Assembly: GCF_000143415.4 (NCBI RefSeq)
Contig: NW_003314282.1
Coordinates: 1,383,374 to 1,447,373 of the forward strand
Reading direction: 5' to 3'
From: Selaginella moellendorffii
Taxonomy: Eukaryota > Plantae > Lycopodiophyta
Length of the DNA: 64,000 bases
Each line of letters opens with the position of its first letter. Position 1 is the first letter of the stretch. The translations under genes and the position numbers were made by a program. Positions 48,006-60,240 of the stretch are shown here, piece by piece. Under the pieces are notes generated by a model. That model did no database searches. It was not told where the DNA came from and worked only from the letters and a program-made list of their open reading frames with translations.

Positions 48006-49429
48006 ATGGCGGCACCGTCTTCTTGGCTGGAATCCGCTTGGCAGGTATCTTCTTTTCCTTCCGGATTGCATGCCATTCCAATGTAGGCGCTTGGAGTTCG
48101 CGAAATCTGATGCGAGATCTCTCTTGTTCTTGCTCCAGTACTTAATCGACAACTATAGCGAACTCCAGCTTGTCACCATTGGGAGCTTTGTTCTTCACGA
48201 ATTCGTCTTCTTCTCCTTTGGCCTGCCCTATCTCTTCATGGAGATTGCTGGCCTGCGAAAGTATAAGATCCAGGTTCGCTATTCCTCCTCTTGTGTTTAC
48301 TCTCGAGAGTTTTTTTCTGTTTAAACATGCTTTAGAACTATAGAACTAGTTTTAACTAACTAACGTCATTTTCTAGAGCGTGGATTCATCTCTAGGAAGG
48401 ATTCTTCATTGACAAAGATGTTTGTCTTGTAGAACAAAGTCAACACTTACGCCGCGCAAGTGAAATGCCTTGTGAGGCTGCTGTTCTATCACACTTGCGT
48501 GAATCTTCCGCTGATGGGAGCCTCGTATCCAATTTTCAAGTACATGGGCTTTACAAGCAAGCTGCCTTTGCCTTCATGGTAAGACCCGGTATGTGATAGC
48601 AAAGTTTCTCGTGTTTTTTTTTTACTTTTCTTCGCGTCAAAAAGAAATGAAACAAAAGGATTGACTTCCTGTTGCTGCAGGAAGACGGTCGTGTTCCAGA
48701 TCCTCTCCTACTTCATCCTCGAGGACTTTATCTTCTACTGGGGCCACCGAGTTCTTCACACCAAGTGGCTGTACAAGCATGTCCACTGTGTTCATCACGA
48801 GTAAGTTTGCTCCTTCAGTTTTTGACTTACCATCTCTTTTCCTGTTCTTGATAGATATGCTACTCCATTCGGTCTCACGTCGGAGTACGCTCATCCTGCA
48901 GAGATCCTGTTCCTGGGCTTTGCAACGATTTTCGGACCAGCTATAACAGGCCCTCATCTCTTCACGCTCTGGCTCTGGATTAGCCTTCGCGTTTTGGAGA
49001 CCATTGAAGCACACTGCGGCTATGATTTCCCCTGGAGCCCCTCCAAGTTTCTTCCTCTCTATGGCGGGTAAGATCACGCAGCTCCATTTTCCTTTCTTTG
49101 TGCGATCTTACTGTGCGCTCTCTCGCAGCGCGGAGTTTCACGACTACCACCACAGGCTTCTCTACACCAAGTCCGGAAACTACTCCTCGACATTTACTTA
49201 CATGGATTGGTACGCGCTCTAAGATCTTCGTTTTCTTCTCTAGTGTGGTGTGGGTGTGACCTTCGATCTCTTTGGCAGGATTTTTGGCACGGATATTGGC
49301 TATCGAAAGCTCAAAGCGCTCAAAGAGATGGGCGACGAGATCCCTGAGCCAGTGGTGGCGATCGACGAGCATTTGACCAATGGAAAATGTGAGAACGATC
49401 AAAGCAAACAAAGCCTTCTTTGCGACTAG
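48006..49429 (+). CDS. SMO2: Sterol 4-alpha-methyl oxidase 2, multi-exon
   Basis: ESAWQ|YLIDNYSELQLVTIGSF; FYWGHRVLH; HVHCVHHE; EYAHPAE; FHDYHH (histidine boxes). Confidence 0.92.
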
Positions 49430-49539
49430 ACTATGTAATCTCCTTTTATTAAAGTCTTCAGGAATTAGGGTTCTTTGGATTCTTAAGCCCTAGCGCGCGC
49501 GATACCAATCGATCGATCTAGATCTGCGGGAGCTGGATC

Positions 49540-50519
49540 ATGGCCGACATCGAGAAGATCCCGCTCCACGCGTCGTCGCAGTCCGACATCGACGAGATCG
49601 AGAATCTCTTCCAGATAAGTGTCCAGCCCGCGGCGCCGGTAGATTCCAGCTCCAGGAGGCCGCCGAGCCCGCCGCGCGCCACAATTCCAGTCACGCCAGT
49701 GGCATCGGCAGCGAAATCCAAAGGAGCTCCTCCTCCTCCTCCTCCTCCGCCGCCTCCTCCGTCATATCCAGCGGCCAATCTCAATGCCTCCTCTTCCTCC
49801 GAGACCTCTCCAGCGATGATGACGGGATTTGGGGGCGGCCCCGGCTATGACACTCTCACGGAGCCAGTGTGGGAGACGCTCAAGCGCGATATCAACCAGG
49901 TGTTTGAGAACCTCAAGAATGTGGTGTTTCCAAATCCATACCGCAAGGACGCTGGCAAGGCGCTGAAGGATTGGGATCTCTGGGGGCCATTCTTCTTCAT
50001 CATTTTCCTCGCAACCGTTCTCTCCTACTCGGCCTCCGCGGATCGGGTAAGATTTTCGCTGCTTCTTTCCTCTCGATCCAAAGGCTTGGTGCTCATGATC
50101 TTTTCTCTCGTGTTCCAGGCCAAAGTTTTCGCGACCGTCTTCGCGGTTCTCTCCGCCGGAGCGGTGGTTCTCACAGTGAACGTAGTCTTGCTGGTAAGTT
50201 CTCTCCATTGTTTTCGAGCTCCAGTGACCGAGTGATGGATCCCGCGATGGATTTGCAGGGTGGCAGCATCATCTTCTTCCAGAGCTTGAGCGTGCTGGGC
50301 TACTGCCTCTTCCCGCTGGCTGTTGGAGCGGCGATTTGCATGGTCCGAGACAACAAGCTGTTTAGAAGCGTGGTGGTGCTCGTCACGGTGGCGTGGAGCT
50401 CCTGGGCGGTGTATCCTTTCATGAGCTCCGCTGTGCCGGGTAGCCGGAAGGCGCTGGCCATCTATCCGGTGTTCCTCTTGTACGTGTCCTTGGGCTTTTT
50501 GGTCTTGGCCAATAACTGA
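49540..50519 (+). CDS. Yip1-domain protein (YIP4/YIPF6-like), 3 exons
   Basis: DIDEIENL; [13 protein letters not shown]; [10 protein letters not shown]; [15 protein letters not shown]; [13 protein letters not shown]. Confidence 0.92.
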
Positions 50520-51652
50520 TGCGATAGAGAAAATTTTCCCACGCGTTCTAGGGCTACCACCTTTTATATTCTTTACTTTTAACCTTTTACCGGTTATCTT
50601 GAATGCTTCGTAATCCCGGTTTCTTGGAAACACACATTTTTTGAGCAAAAGATTGTGTGTAAACGAAAACACAGAGAAAAAGGAGAGAGATTACAGGCAT
50701 CCTCCCTAAATGCTCTACTAAAACACTAGAAAATTGGCGTGCACAAATGTATTCCTAGGAATATTTTCACCCTTTATTCTATGGTGATTTATCACAAAGT
50801 GGAACTTAAATTTTTCATATACCACATGTTACATGCCACATGCAATATATTATGTGTCTAAGGTGGAACTCAAACCACTAAACAAGGATAAGCACACAAA
50901 CAAGAGTTAGACTATGCCTTAAGTTAGTCAACCACACGGCAAGTTTAAGCATTCTTCCAGCCTGAAATGAAGCATGTATAGCTCTTTGTGTTCTTGTTGC
51001 CAAAACTCCACCTGGTGGCGCATGGCACGAATTCAGCTGATAGATTACAACGGGAAAGGCTAGAAGAAACAGTCTTATTTGAGTTTCTTGATTTCTTTCT
51101 TTTTCTTATCTAACTGTTTATGCGAGCAATCGATGAAGCTTGCCTTGTCTTGTTGCTTGGTAAAATTCTGATGAGATTTAACAAGATTTTAGCGGGATTG
51201 TAGATTCCAAGCGATGCGAAGTACTTAAAATTGCTTTTGGGGTTGCAAGGTTTTTCTTCGAGCACTCCATAGTACTGCAGTCACGTTTTGGCACCCGGAG
51301 AAGAACCAGCCGAGGAAAACAACAAAATTATCATCTGTAGATGAATCCCGTAACTTGTTAAATGCAAAGGATGGCTCAGCCTTAAATCGGTGGAATTCAA
51401 GAGCCTGTAGACAGCTTATTGTGTACTCCGAAAATTCACGGACAGCGAACAGTGTGGAAGTAAGAAAATCGAAGTACCTGATACAGGAATGGGGGGACAA
51501 TCGAATGTGCTAGCTGTGACGATCTCTAGCCCATTGCTGGTGCGAGTCTATTCAAATAGCATGTTCTAGTTGTAAACAAGTTCTTGCATTAGAAAATACT
51601 TTAAAAAACAAGAGATCGTGTAAACACTGTATGACGCAGTCTTCAAATTACC

Positions 51653-51663
51653 CCTATATAAAC
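51653..51663 (+). promoter_or_regulatory. TATA box of KP4-like copy 1 (the same motif lies at ~53620 for copy 2)
   Basis: ctatataaacc about 80 bp upstream of the ATG, conserved in both units. Confidence 0.6.
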
Positions 51664-51736
51664 CAGACCATTCCATTGGCAAAATCATTCTTCATACTTC
51701 AGCTCCTCATTACAGCATTCTTTCTAACATAGTCGA

Positions 51737-52141
51737 ATGGAGTCTTCTCTCAAGCTCTTTTCTCTTCTTGCTATTCTTCTTGTGATCTTTCTTGGCTCCT
51801 CCAGCTGCGCCAAGAACGACAACTGCAATGGCTCTGGATTCTGTGGATCTCGCGTCAACCAGGCCGATTGCCGGCGAGCAATCTCTCGCTACACCGACGG
51901 AACAATCTACAATGGCTTCACTTCTCGTGTTTCTGGCCAATGCACCGCAATTTTCAGGTGCGATGGCAACTATCCATCCGTGAGTGGGGCAGTTCTCAAG
52001 CAGCAGTTTCTCCATGTGTATGACAACCAGCCTTGCCGACTCTGCGGAAGCCATGCATTCGACGGGGGCAATTGCGAGGCCACACTGAATTATTGTGCGA
52101 ATTGCAGGGACTCTGGAAATCCCAACGCTGTGGAGAACTGA
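51737..52141 (+). CDS. Secreted KP4 killer-toxin-like protein, copy 1 (134 aa)
   Basis: Signal peptide; NCNGSGFC, PCRLCGS and ATLNYC match the KP4 pattern NCRGSS.C...GCRVCGS...LTVNYV; 10 Cys after the signal peptide; intronless. Confidence 0.8.
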   Translation: MESSLKLFSLLAILLVIFLGSSSCAKNDNCNGSGFCGSRVNQADCRRAISRYTDGTIYNGFTSRVSGQCTAIFRCDGNYPSVSGAVLKQQFLHVYDNQPCRLCGSHAFDGGNCEATLNYCANCRDSGNPNAVEN

Positions 52142-53702
52142 AGCTAGGCTTTGGACATGTTTCAAATAAAAGGATTGACAATAATTTGCTGTGCAAGTGT
52201 TTGCAGTGTTGTTAGTGTTTGCTTTTTATTCGCTGTAACCCCCCAAATGCTGAATGACAACTTCAAGCTCCACAATGAGCTTTGAACTTGATTGATAAAC
52301 TTCTTTTGATTTGAAGCAGTGAGTATACTTTCTGTTTTGTGAGCGGAGACCGTCGCTGCACAGCCATTAAAGCGATGATCTTCACTGGGAGTCAAGTAAA
52401 ACAGAAGTCAAAGTTTAATTGACTCGCTAGAACTTGAAAAAAGTGTTGTATGCATGGACTTGGAGCCACCTACGCCCGATCATTCCAGATAACGCTTGCA
52501 TCCTCTGTATTACCGCGGCTGCTGGCACAGAGTGTCGATTGCGATATTTGATATGCACTGCATGGCTGTGAGAATTTGGTTGCTTGAATTGTCCAACTAG
52601 TTCCGGTGAGAAACGTAATGCAGCGTCTCACCATATTATAATTTAACTGCTGCAATTTGCCCAGCTTTTTGGCAAGACCACCTTGACTTGGTAGTCAGTC
52701 TTCACTAACTGAAACTTGTTACGTGTTGTACTTGGAAACTACCAGCATTACAAGTTTGACATGCTCCATACAGGCGCACCAATGAAGCTGAATCCATATT
52801 TGTTATAACATTTTTTTAGCAAAAAATTGTGCGCAAACGAAAACACAGAGAGAAAGGAGAGAGATTTGACGATTGGTTAGTCTCGGCCAAACACACTGTC
52901 GAGCGTTACCGGTATCCTCCCTAAACGCTCTACTAAACACTCACAAACGTATTCCTAGGAACACACACGACAAGTTCGAGCGTTCTTCCAGCCTGAAATG
53001 AAGCACGTATAGCTCTTTGTGTCCTTGTCACCAAAACTCCACCTGGTGGCGCATGGCACGAATTCAGCTGATAGATTACAACGGGAAAGGCTAGAAGAAA
53101 CAATCTTATTTGAGTTTCTTGATTTCTTTCTTTTTCTTATCGGACTGTTTATGCGAGCGATCGATGAAGCTTGCCTTGTCTTGTTGCTTGGTAAAATTCT
53201 GATGAGATTTAACAAGATTTAAGCGGGATTGTAGATTCCAAGCGATGGGAAGTACTTAAAATTGCTTTTGGGGTTGCAAGGTTTTTCTTCGAGCACTCCA
53301 TACTGCGGTCACGTTTGGCACCCGGGGAAGAACCGGGGAAGAACTTGTTAAATGCAAAGGATGGCTCAGCCTTAAATCGGTGGAATTCAAGAGCCTGTAG
53401 ACAGCTTATTGTGTACTCCGAATTCACGGACAGCGAACACTGTGGAAGTAAGAAAATCGAAGTACCTGATACAGGAATGGGGGGACAATCGAATGTGCCA
53501 TGCTGGTGCGAGTCTATTCAAATAGCATGTTCTAATTGTAAACAAATTCTTGCATTAGAAAATACTTTAAAAATTAGGAGATCGTGTAAACTCTGTATGA
53601 CGCAGTCTTCAAATTACCCCTATATAAACCAGACCATTCCATTGGCAAAATCATTCTTCATACTTCAGCTCCTCATTACAGCATTCTTTCTAACATAGTC
53701 GA

Positions 53703-54107
53703 ATGGAGTCTTCTCTCAAGCTCTTTTCTCTTCTTGCTATTCTTCTTGTGATCTTTCTTGGCTCCTCCAGCTGCGCCAAGAACGACAACTGCAATGGCTC
53801 TGGATTCTGTGGATCTCGCGTCAACCAGGCCGATTGCCGGCGAGCAATCTCTCGCTACACCGACGGAACAATCTACAATGGCTTCACTTCTCGTGTTTCT
53901 GGCCATTGCACCGCAATTTTCAGGTGCGATGGCAACTATCCATCCGTGAGTGGGGCAGTTCTCAAGCAGCAGTTTCTCCATGTGTACGACAACCAGCCTT
54001 GTCGACTCTGCGGAAGCCATGCATTCGATGGGGGCAATTGCGAGGCCACACTGAATTATTGTGCGAATTGCAGGGACTCTGGAAATCCCAACGCTGTGGA
54101 GAACTGA
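53703..54107 (+). CDS. Secreted KP4 killer-toxin-like protein, copy 2 (134 aa)
   Basis: Identical to copy 1 except one Q>H change (VSGQCT/VSGHCT). Confidence 0.8.
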   Translation: MESSLKLFSLLAILLVIFLGSSSCAKNDNCNGSGFCGSRVNQADCRRAISRYTDGTIYNGFTSRVSGHCTAIFRCDGNYPSVSGAVLKQQFLHVYDNQPCRLCGSHAFDGGNCEATLNYCANCRDSGNPNAVEN

Positions 54108-54677
54108 AGCTAGGCTTTGGACATCTTCCAAATAAAAGGATTGACAATAATTTGCTGTGCAAGTGTTTGCAGCATTGGTAGTTTTCGTTTTCATTTTCAG
54201 TTTATTCGCTGTAACCACCCCAAATGTTGAATGACAACTTCAAGGTCCACAATGAACTTTGAACTTGAATGTTAAACCTCCTTTTGATTTAAAGCAGTGA
54301 GTATACTTTCTGTTCTATGTGAGCAGAGACCCTAGAAGCTTTTTTTTGTGGAAAGTTCGTTCGCTGCAGAGCCATTAAAGCGATGATCTTCACTGGGAGA
54401 GAGAAAAGGTAATAGAGTGTCAAAGTTTATTTGACTTGCTAGAACTGGAAAAACGTGTTGATTATACATGGACTTTAAATAATATTGCGATATTCGATAT
54501 GCACTGTATGGCTGTGAGAATTTTGTTGCTTGAAAAATCCAACTAGTTCCGGTGACAAACGTAATGCAGCGTCTCACCATATTACTGCAATTTGTCCAGC
54601 TTTTGGCAAGACCACCTTGACTTTGTAGTCAGTCTTCACTATCTGAAACTTGTTACGTGTTGTATTTGGACACTACC

Positions 54678-54731
54678 AGCATTACAAGACCAGCATTACA
54701 AGTTTAGCATTACAAGTTCAGCATTACAAGC
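54678..54731. repeat. Four tandem copies of (c)agcattacaag near the end of duplication unit 2
   Basis: Directly visible; only one copy at the equivalent position of unit 1 (~52743). Confidence 0.85.
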
Positions 54732-54869
54732 ACCAATCAAGCTGAATCCAAGGGTAGTGGATTTAAAGTATTATTGATTTATACTTATGTTAAAGGTCGT
54801 TGAGCACCCTCAAGTAAATTAAAAAGAATATTTTTAAATTTAGTTTTTCACTATACATTTCATGAATCG

Positions 54870-55090
54870 GCGACTTGCACGCCCAGATCAATCGGAGCAG
54901 CTCGAGCTGGAGCACATCTCTCGCAATTCTCATCATCCAAATGTATGCGCGGCTCGGGAGCTTATGCGAGGTAGCAGCTGCGTTCCAGCAGATCGAGAAC
55001 CCCAACATTTACTCAACATCACGCTTGCAGCACTTACCCAAACCGGGCATTATGACAAGGCACTGCTGTTCTACGCTGTTTTAAAAAATG
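54870..55090 (+). pseudogene. PPR gene fragment
   Basis: LHAQI...TSLAILIIQMYARLGSLCEVAAAFQQIENPNIY, then a frameshift into LAALTQTGHYDKALLFY. Confidence 0.7.
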
Positions 55091-55219
55091 CCGCAGTGGA
55101 ATCCCGTCACGTTGAGCAAGGTTTGATTGGATTGATTAAATGTGATGATCCAGGGGTGTCTCAACTGCGGCCATTTCGACCGCGCAAATCAGATGTTTCA
55201 GAAGATCCCAGCACGGGAT

Positions 55220-55800
55220 GGAATAAGCTGAAACGGCGCCAAATTCAGCTGATAGAATTCAACGAGAAAAGCTAGAAGAAACGATCTCATACTCATCTTT
55301 GAGTTTCTTGCTTTCTTTCTTGTTCTATCGAACTGTCTTGTGCGATCGAATGAGAGCCTTTGATGTCTTGTCTTGTCCCTTGGCCGAAGTTTCAAGGCTC
55401 ATGAAACTGATGAGATATAATAAACTTTTGTTTCCTGCACGCACACAAAACAAAGATTTTAAAGCCGAGATGACTCCAAGAGCCAGGAAATATGTGAATT
55501 TTTGGATTGCAAGGTTGCACTCCATACTGCGGCGGGGCTAACACCCAAGAAGAATCATCCAAAATATCAACAAAACATCGTCTGAATATGTACTGCCATC
55601 ATGTGACTTGGAAAGGCCTGGACATTGTCCTTCCTGTTCATACCAAGAAAGCTTTGCTTTCTTGTATGATCTTCGATTTGCTTACCTCCAGTTCCTGAAG
55701 TTTAAGCTTTTCACAGATCATTTACTTGCAAAAAGCTTAGATAATTCACGAACAGTGAGCAGTGTGGGAGTAAGAGCATCGAAGTACCTGATACAGCATG
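55220..55800 (+). repeat. Older partial third copy of the KP4-unit upstream region, lacking the KP4 CDS
   Basis: aattcagctgataga...gctagaagaaac and aattcacg.acag.ga.cagtgtgg.agtaaga..atcgaagtacctgatacag match both units. Confidence 0.7.
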
Positions 55801-55949
55801 AATGAATGAGCTGGATTTGCCATCCCAAACAACTTGATTCATGTTTTTCAAGGTTGCCCTAAAGAATTAAGTTTATATTAGAATATTCATTCTGATTCTA
55901 TATTGTGATGGTGCCTAGTGTAATTCGCTGGGAAGATACCCTCCACTTT

Positions 55950-57450
55950 CTCAACAACCACTATAGTGGTTGCATGTGGTAGCACCCACTGTGGTGGGTG
56001 CTACCACCCACCATATATCTGAGATATAGTGTTTTCTCCTTTTGCTCTATGAAAAATGTACTATTGTATAGAAAGTTAGTCCTTGCTAAGTGCTTTAAGT
56101 ATGTAATGTTGAAGTCAATGCTGCTGAAAGCCATTCTTGGCAAAAACCTCTATTATCTGATTAATTGAGTTGATTGCGATCTTTACTCTAAATGAAGTAT
56201 ATGGCATGAGGGCAACTTGTGAACATATAGGAATTCAATGCTAAATGAAGGTATTTTTTTATGTTAAAAGGAAGCTTATCTTGTTTATCATACTTTTTTC
56301 AGGGTGTATTTTCTATTAGACATATGTTGTTATTATTTCTTCTTTTAAAACTTATTTTATATTTTCCGACCCTGTTTATAATCCTAAAATCAACTCGTGC
56401 TAAGGTCTATTGATAATGAGCAGGTCGTCCATATATTTTGAGGCATGTGCAAATTGCTTTAGTATGTCAATTTTAAGTGAGGATATTTTTAAAGAAAATA
56501 AATAGGTTATACCATAGATAGGTATACGAGCTTTTTGCTTCCACACTAATTGAATATATCTATTTTTTACTAGCCAAGAATTCATGCAAGCATCCATCTT
56601 AATATAATTTCATGTCTAGCTTGCATTTCCATTTTCCATCGCATAGATCGCGTTTTTGAGTTGGCCACCATATTAGTATAAGCAAGGTCTTTATGACACT
56701 AATAAAACCACTTTCTTGGAGTGGTCACTTGGGAGATGAGGGAAAATTCAATTATGGAATTAATTAACCAAAAAAAATTGGTTTGGATAGTCATGTTCCA
56801 AATTGAAGGTAATAGCATTTCACTTAAGAATATACTGAGGATGGCAGTTATTAGGTTGACTAGATCTATATACATACATGCCACTACATTTGTTAGGCAT
56901 CGAAACATTTTATGTGCTTTACATGAGATGTATTCTTTCAATATAATCTTGTTGTGGGAGTAGTGCTATGATTTTGTCACTTAAAGTGGATCATAAAACC
57001 TCAAAATCTCCTAAAAAAGGAGAGAATTTTGGCCCTTCTAATTGATGTAAAACTTCTCTATGAATGAAGTTCTTACTGATAAATACAGTATTATTTTCTG
57101 CTTTATCCAGGCTAATGAGATATAAGCATTCTAAAAGCCAATTACTTTCATCAATATAGGTTTTATTGTGTTGAGATTGAAATGTTATTTACTAATTTTT
57201 AATATCTAAATGCCTTTTACAGTGGCTGCATTAGGGTTGTGAATTTTAAATGAGCAAATATAGTCATTTCTGAAACCAATTTAGTTGGGCAGTGGAATAA
57301 ATTATCATAAAGCGATTCTATTTCAGGCCCGAACACTGTTAAAAAACAATGGAATTAATCAAAGTACGTCGAATGCATAAACATTTCTATATGTGTAACT
57401 TCTCGCATAACATTGATATGGCCATGTTTGATTGTTAAGTGCCCTTGTGA
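55950..57450 (-). mobile_element. Degenerate reverse-transcriptase retroelement, possibly Penelope-like; boundaries approximate
   Basis: AT-rich block with FAHASKYMDDLLIIN (YxDD), followed by DK..LPFNIKKIP and SQ..QLIR-like segments; many stops and frameshifts. Confidence 0.5.
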
Positions 57451-58439
57451 TCCATCCATTTCATCTACTAGTTCCTCACAATCATCAAGATCGCATGTAC
57501 TTTCCGACATAGAGACTTCGGGCACTTCGTTTTGTGTGGCCAGTTGGAAGTAGTCTTCTATATGTCTTTGTGTAGATGCATGAGACCGAAAATGTAGTTA
57601 TGTAAGCACAACACTAGAATGTAATATCATGAAAAATGCTCTGCTCAGCCTCTCTCAACGCACTTATATATATGGTGTTAGCATGCTAAGGAAGTAGAAT
57701 AAAAACCATAGCGACCACAATTAGACATGTTACTTCCTCTGCCATGGCCATGATTTTGGTGTGCTGGCTGGTTCACAGAGGAGAGGCCAGAAGGTGGTGT
57801 AGCTGTTCTGTTCTATCCTGGATCTGAGATTGGAGCAAAACTGCCTCGAGTGTTATACCTGGTTCGCTTTCTTGATGTAAACTCATAATCAAAAGAGTCT
57901 GATGGGCTTGAGTTTAGCCAGGAATCAGGCATGCTGTGATTGAAATGAGGTGGGAGCATGAGAAACTCCATCTTCTTTGAGTGTGCTAGTGGCAGTGAGC
58001 GAGAGAGGCCTCATGGCTAATTTTTCTACAACTTCCATCATCATCTCCTTGTAGAAGATAAGGTGATAACATATGGCATGAGTGTAGCCATAATAGAAGT
58101 TCCCTCAAAAGAAGTTTGTTTGGCTTTCCGGTTCCAAAAACACTGTCCCAAGTGCTCCTATGTAATAAACAGCCACATCAAACCAAAGTTCGTTCATGTG
58201 CTGGTGGGCCTAAACACCAGCTTGTCCAAACCATCCAGTAATGCTAATATAGACTGGTGTTTATTTGCACTGTGATGATCCAAACATACTGAGATTTATG
58301 TGTGGCTTTGACAACGCACTTGTTCTCTAACTCATGTTGGAATCAGCATCGCCAGGTGCAACTTTGTTAGCTCCTCAAGCGAAACTCTATTCAGCTTGTG
58401 AGCTTGCAAATTAAAAAAAACCTCAAGAGTGTGAAAAGC

Positions 58440-59450
58440 TAGCGGATACTTGTGCTCTTGCATTCAAGTACCAATAGTCAACCTGTCTCCTTATTATGTT
58501 CCATGTTGCGTTAAGAATTTACCTTTCTGGCTCCTGGTCAGCATCCTGCAAGCAGCTAAATTCTTGATTAATGAAAATCTGAAAATAAAGAAGAAAACTT
58601 ACGGATTGCCCAAATGGTCGAGGATCCAAGTATGCATGGCATCTGCTGCAGCTTTCGAGAGACACCCTCTTGTTCCAGATAGCTCCCCATTGCATAGAGT
58701 GTGCTTTGGGGTCGTGTTTCTCTTCTTATGCCCCATCCTGTGCTTGTAGGCATCTGGAAGATCAATGTGGCTTATCAAGACACAATCATGTTCTTGTTCA
58801 GGACCTCGTAGCTCAATGCAAAAACTTCCCTTTTGAAAGAGGCCAAAAATGAGAATCTACTGGGTGAAAACATCCTGCCTCAACCGGCACAAAAAACCAT
58901 CAAATCTATACTTGAGGTAATCCAAACCCGACTGAATCAAGCCAGAAAAATTTGAAGGTGACCACTTACAGTCCTCAAGGACTATGACGCTTGGCTCCCC
59001 CACAACAGCTCGTAGCTTTTCATCTAGAATACGAATCAACTCCATAGATAAAACATAGTAAACATGAAGAAGATCTTACATCAACCTTCTTACCAGTGTC
59101 TCTTTTGCATGGTTGGAGCTTTCATTGTGCTTTTTCCAGTTCTTCAAGAATCAGTTCCAAGGAAACAGACCTCTCCCTTTTCAGGAGCTCCAGATCCTTG
59201 GCATTTGCAAGGGGACTTCCTACAGTGGCGTAACTCAATCGAGATTGCGGAGACACGAGGAGAAACATCTGGCAAATCTTTTCATCTTCATTATGAGGGG
59301 GAGGTTTGGAAAACTTGGCGAGGAGATCCATGACCTCATATGTGGAAAGAAACCCAATTATGTAGTGCAGTCTGGAGATGAAAAGAATTTTTTTTCTTTC
59401 TTGCTCACCTGGAAGAAGATCGATCTGAAAGAGCTGCATTGAGTCGAGAC
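58440..59450 (-). pseudogene. Decayed divergent BELL/TALE homeobox gene, copy 1
   Basis: LSKAAADAMHTWILDHLGNP|intron|...VDYWYLNARAQ; collinear with 60956-62126. Confidence 0.6.
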
Positions 59451-59689
59451 CTACACCTAGGAAAGAAAATGAAGCAATGAGAACAAACCAGGGAAATGAC
59501 CTCGGCCAGTGCCCACTTCCACCTTACTTTTTACATAAATTTTTGGTCATATCGACATCTATATAGATTTCTAATCACTCATCCAAAAGGTTCACTTGTC
59601 CTCTGAATCCATGCATGTGTTAGAATCAGCTTCGCGACGTGCAAGTTTGTTGAGCTCGAGAGCCTGTAAATGAAAAAAAATTACCCTCA

Positions 59690-60240
59690 GATTCCAGCTT
59701 GAAACTATAGCAAGGTGTTCGTAAACCAATCGTCAACCCAGTCTCCCTGTTATAATATATTCCATTGCCTCTGAGAATTCTTCTTCCTGACACTTGCTTC
59801 AAGTTAAAGTCCTCGTAGCTCAATATGAAAACTTGCCTTTGAAAGAGGCCAAGAATGAAAATTTGCTGCTTGGTGAAAACCCCCAGCATCAACTGGCACA
59901 AAAACCATCAGAGCTACACTCAGGGGAAATCTAAACCTGACTGAAAGAATGCCGGAGAGGAGTAAGCTGGACTCTAGTGAGGTCTCTCCCGGTGGATGAA
60001 TATAGATCTTCCAGAGTGCACACATACCTCTGCATTAACGAGCTTAAATCTTCTCTAAGCCAGTAAATTTGGAGTTGAGTCCTCAAAGATGATAATATCT
60101 GGATCATGGGAACTTTGTCATTGTTCTTGCCTTGGTTGGAGCAGCATCATGATTGTAGCGACGATCTCTAGAGCAACACTTGGCAGCCCCATAACATCTC
60201 ACAGCTCCTCATTTAGAAGAGAAATCAACTCCATCATATG
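59690..60240 (-). pseudogene. Decayed divergent BELL/TALE homeobox gene, copy 2 (partial)
   Basis: VFTKQQIFILGLFQRQVFILSYE and VDDWFTN segments are homologous to the other two copies. Confidence 0.55.

Larger units (their letters stand above)
50639..54750 (+). repeat. Tandem segmental duplication: unit 1 ~50639-52800, unit 2 ~52813-54750
   Basis: Both units begin gcaaaa.attgtg.g.aaacgaaaacacagaga, end aagctgaatcca, and are collinear and highly similar throughout. Confidence 0.92.

Noticed and set aside
51710-54218. Minus-strand 151-aa and 180-aa ORFs opposite the KP4-like genes
   Set aside because: They are antisense shadows of the + strand CDSs, lack ATG starts and recognisable motifs, and differ in length between the two units.
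57700-58300. Coding-like stretch between the RT relic and the homeobox copies
   Set aside because: No sustained ORF or motif that I can support.
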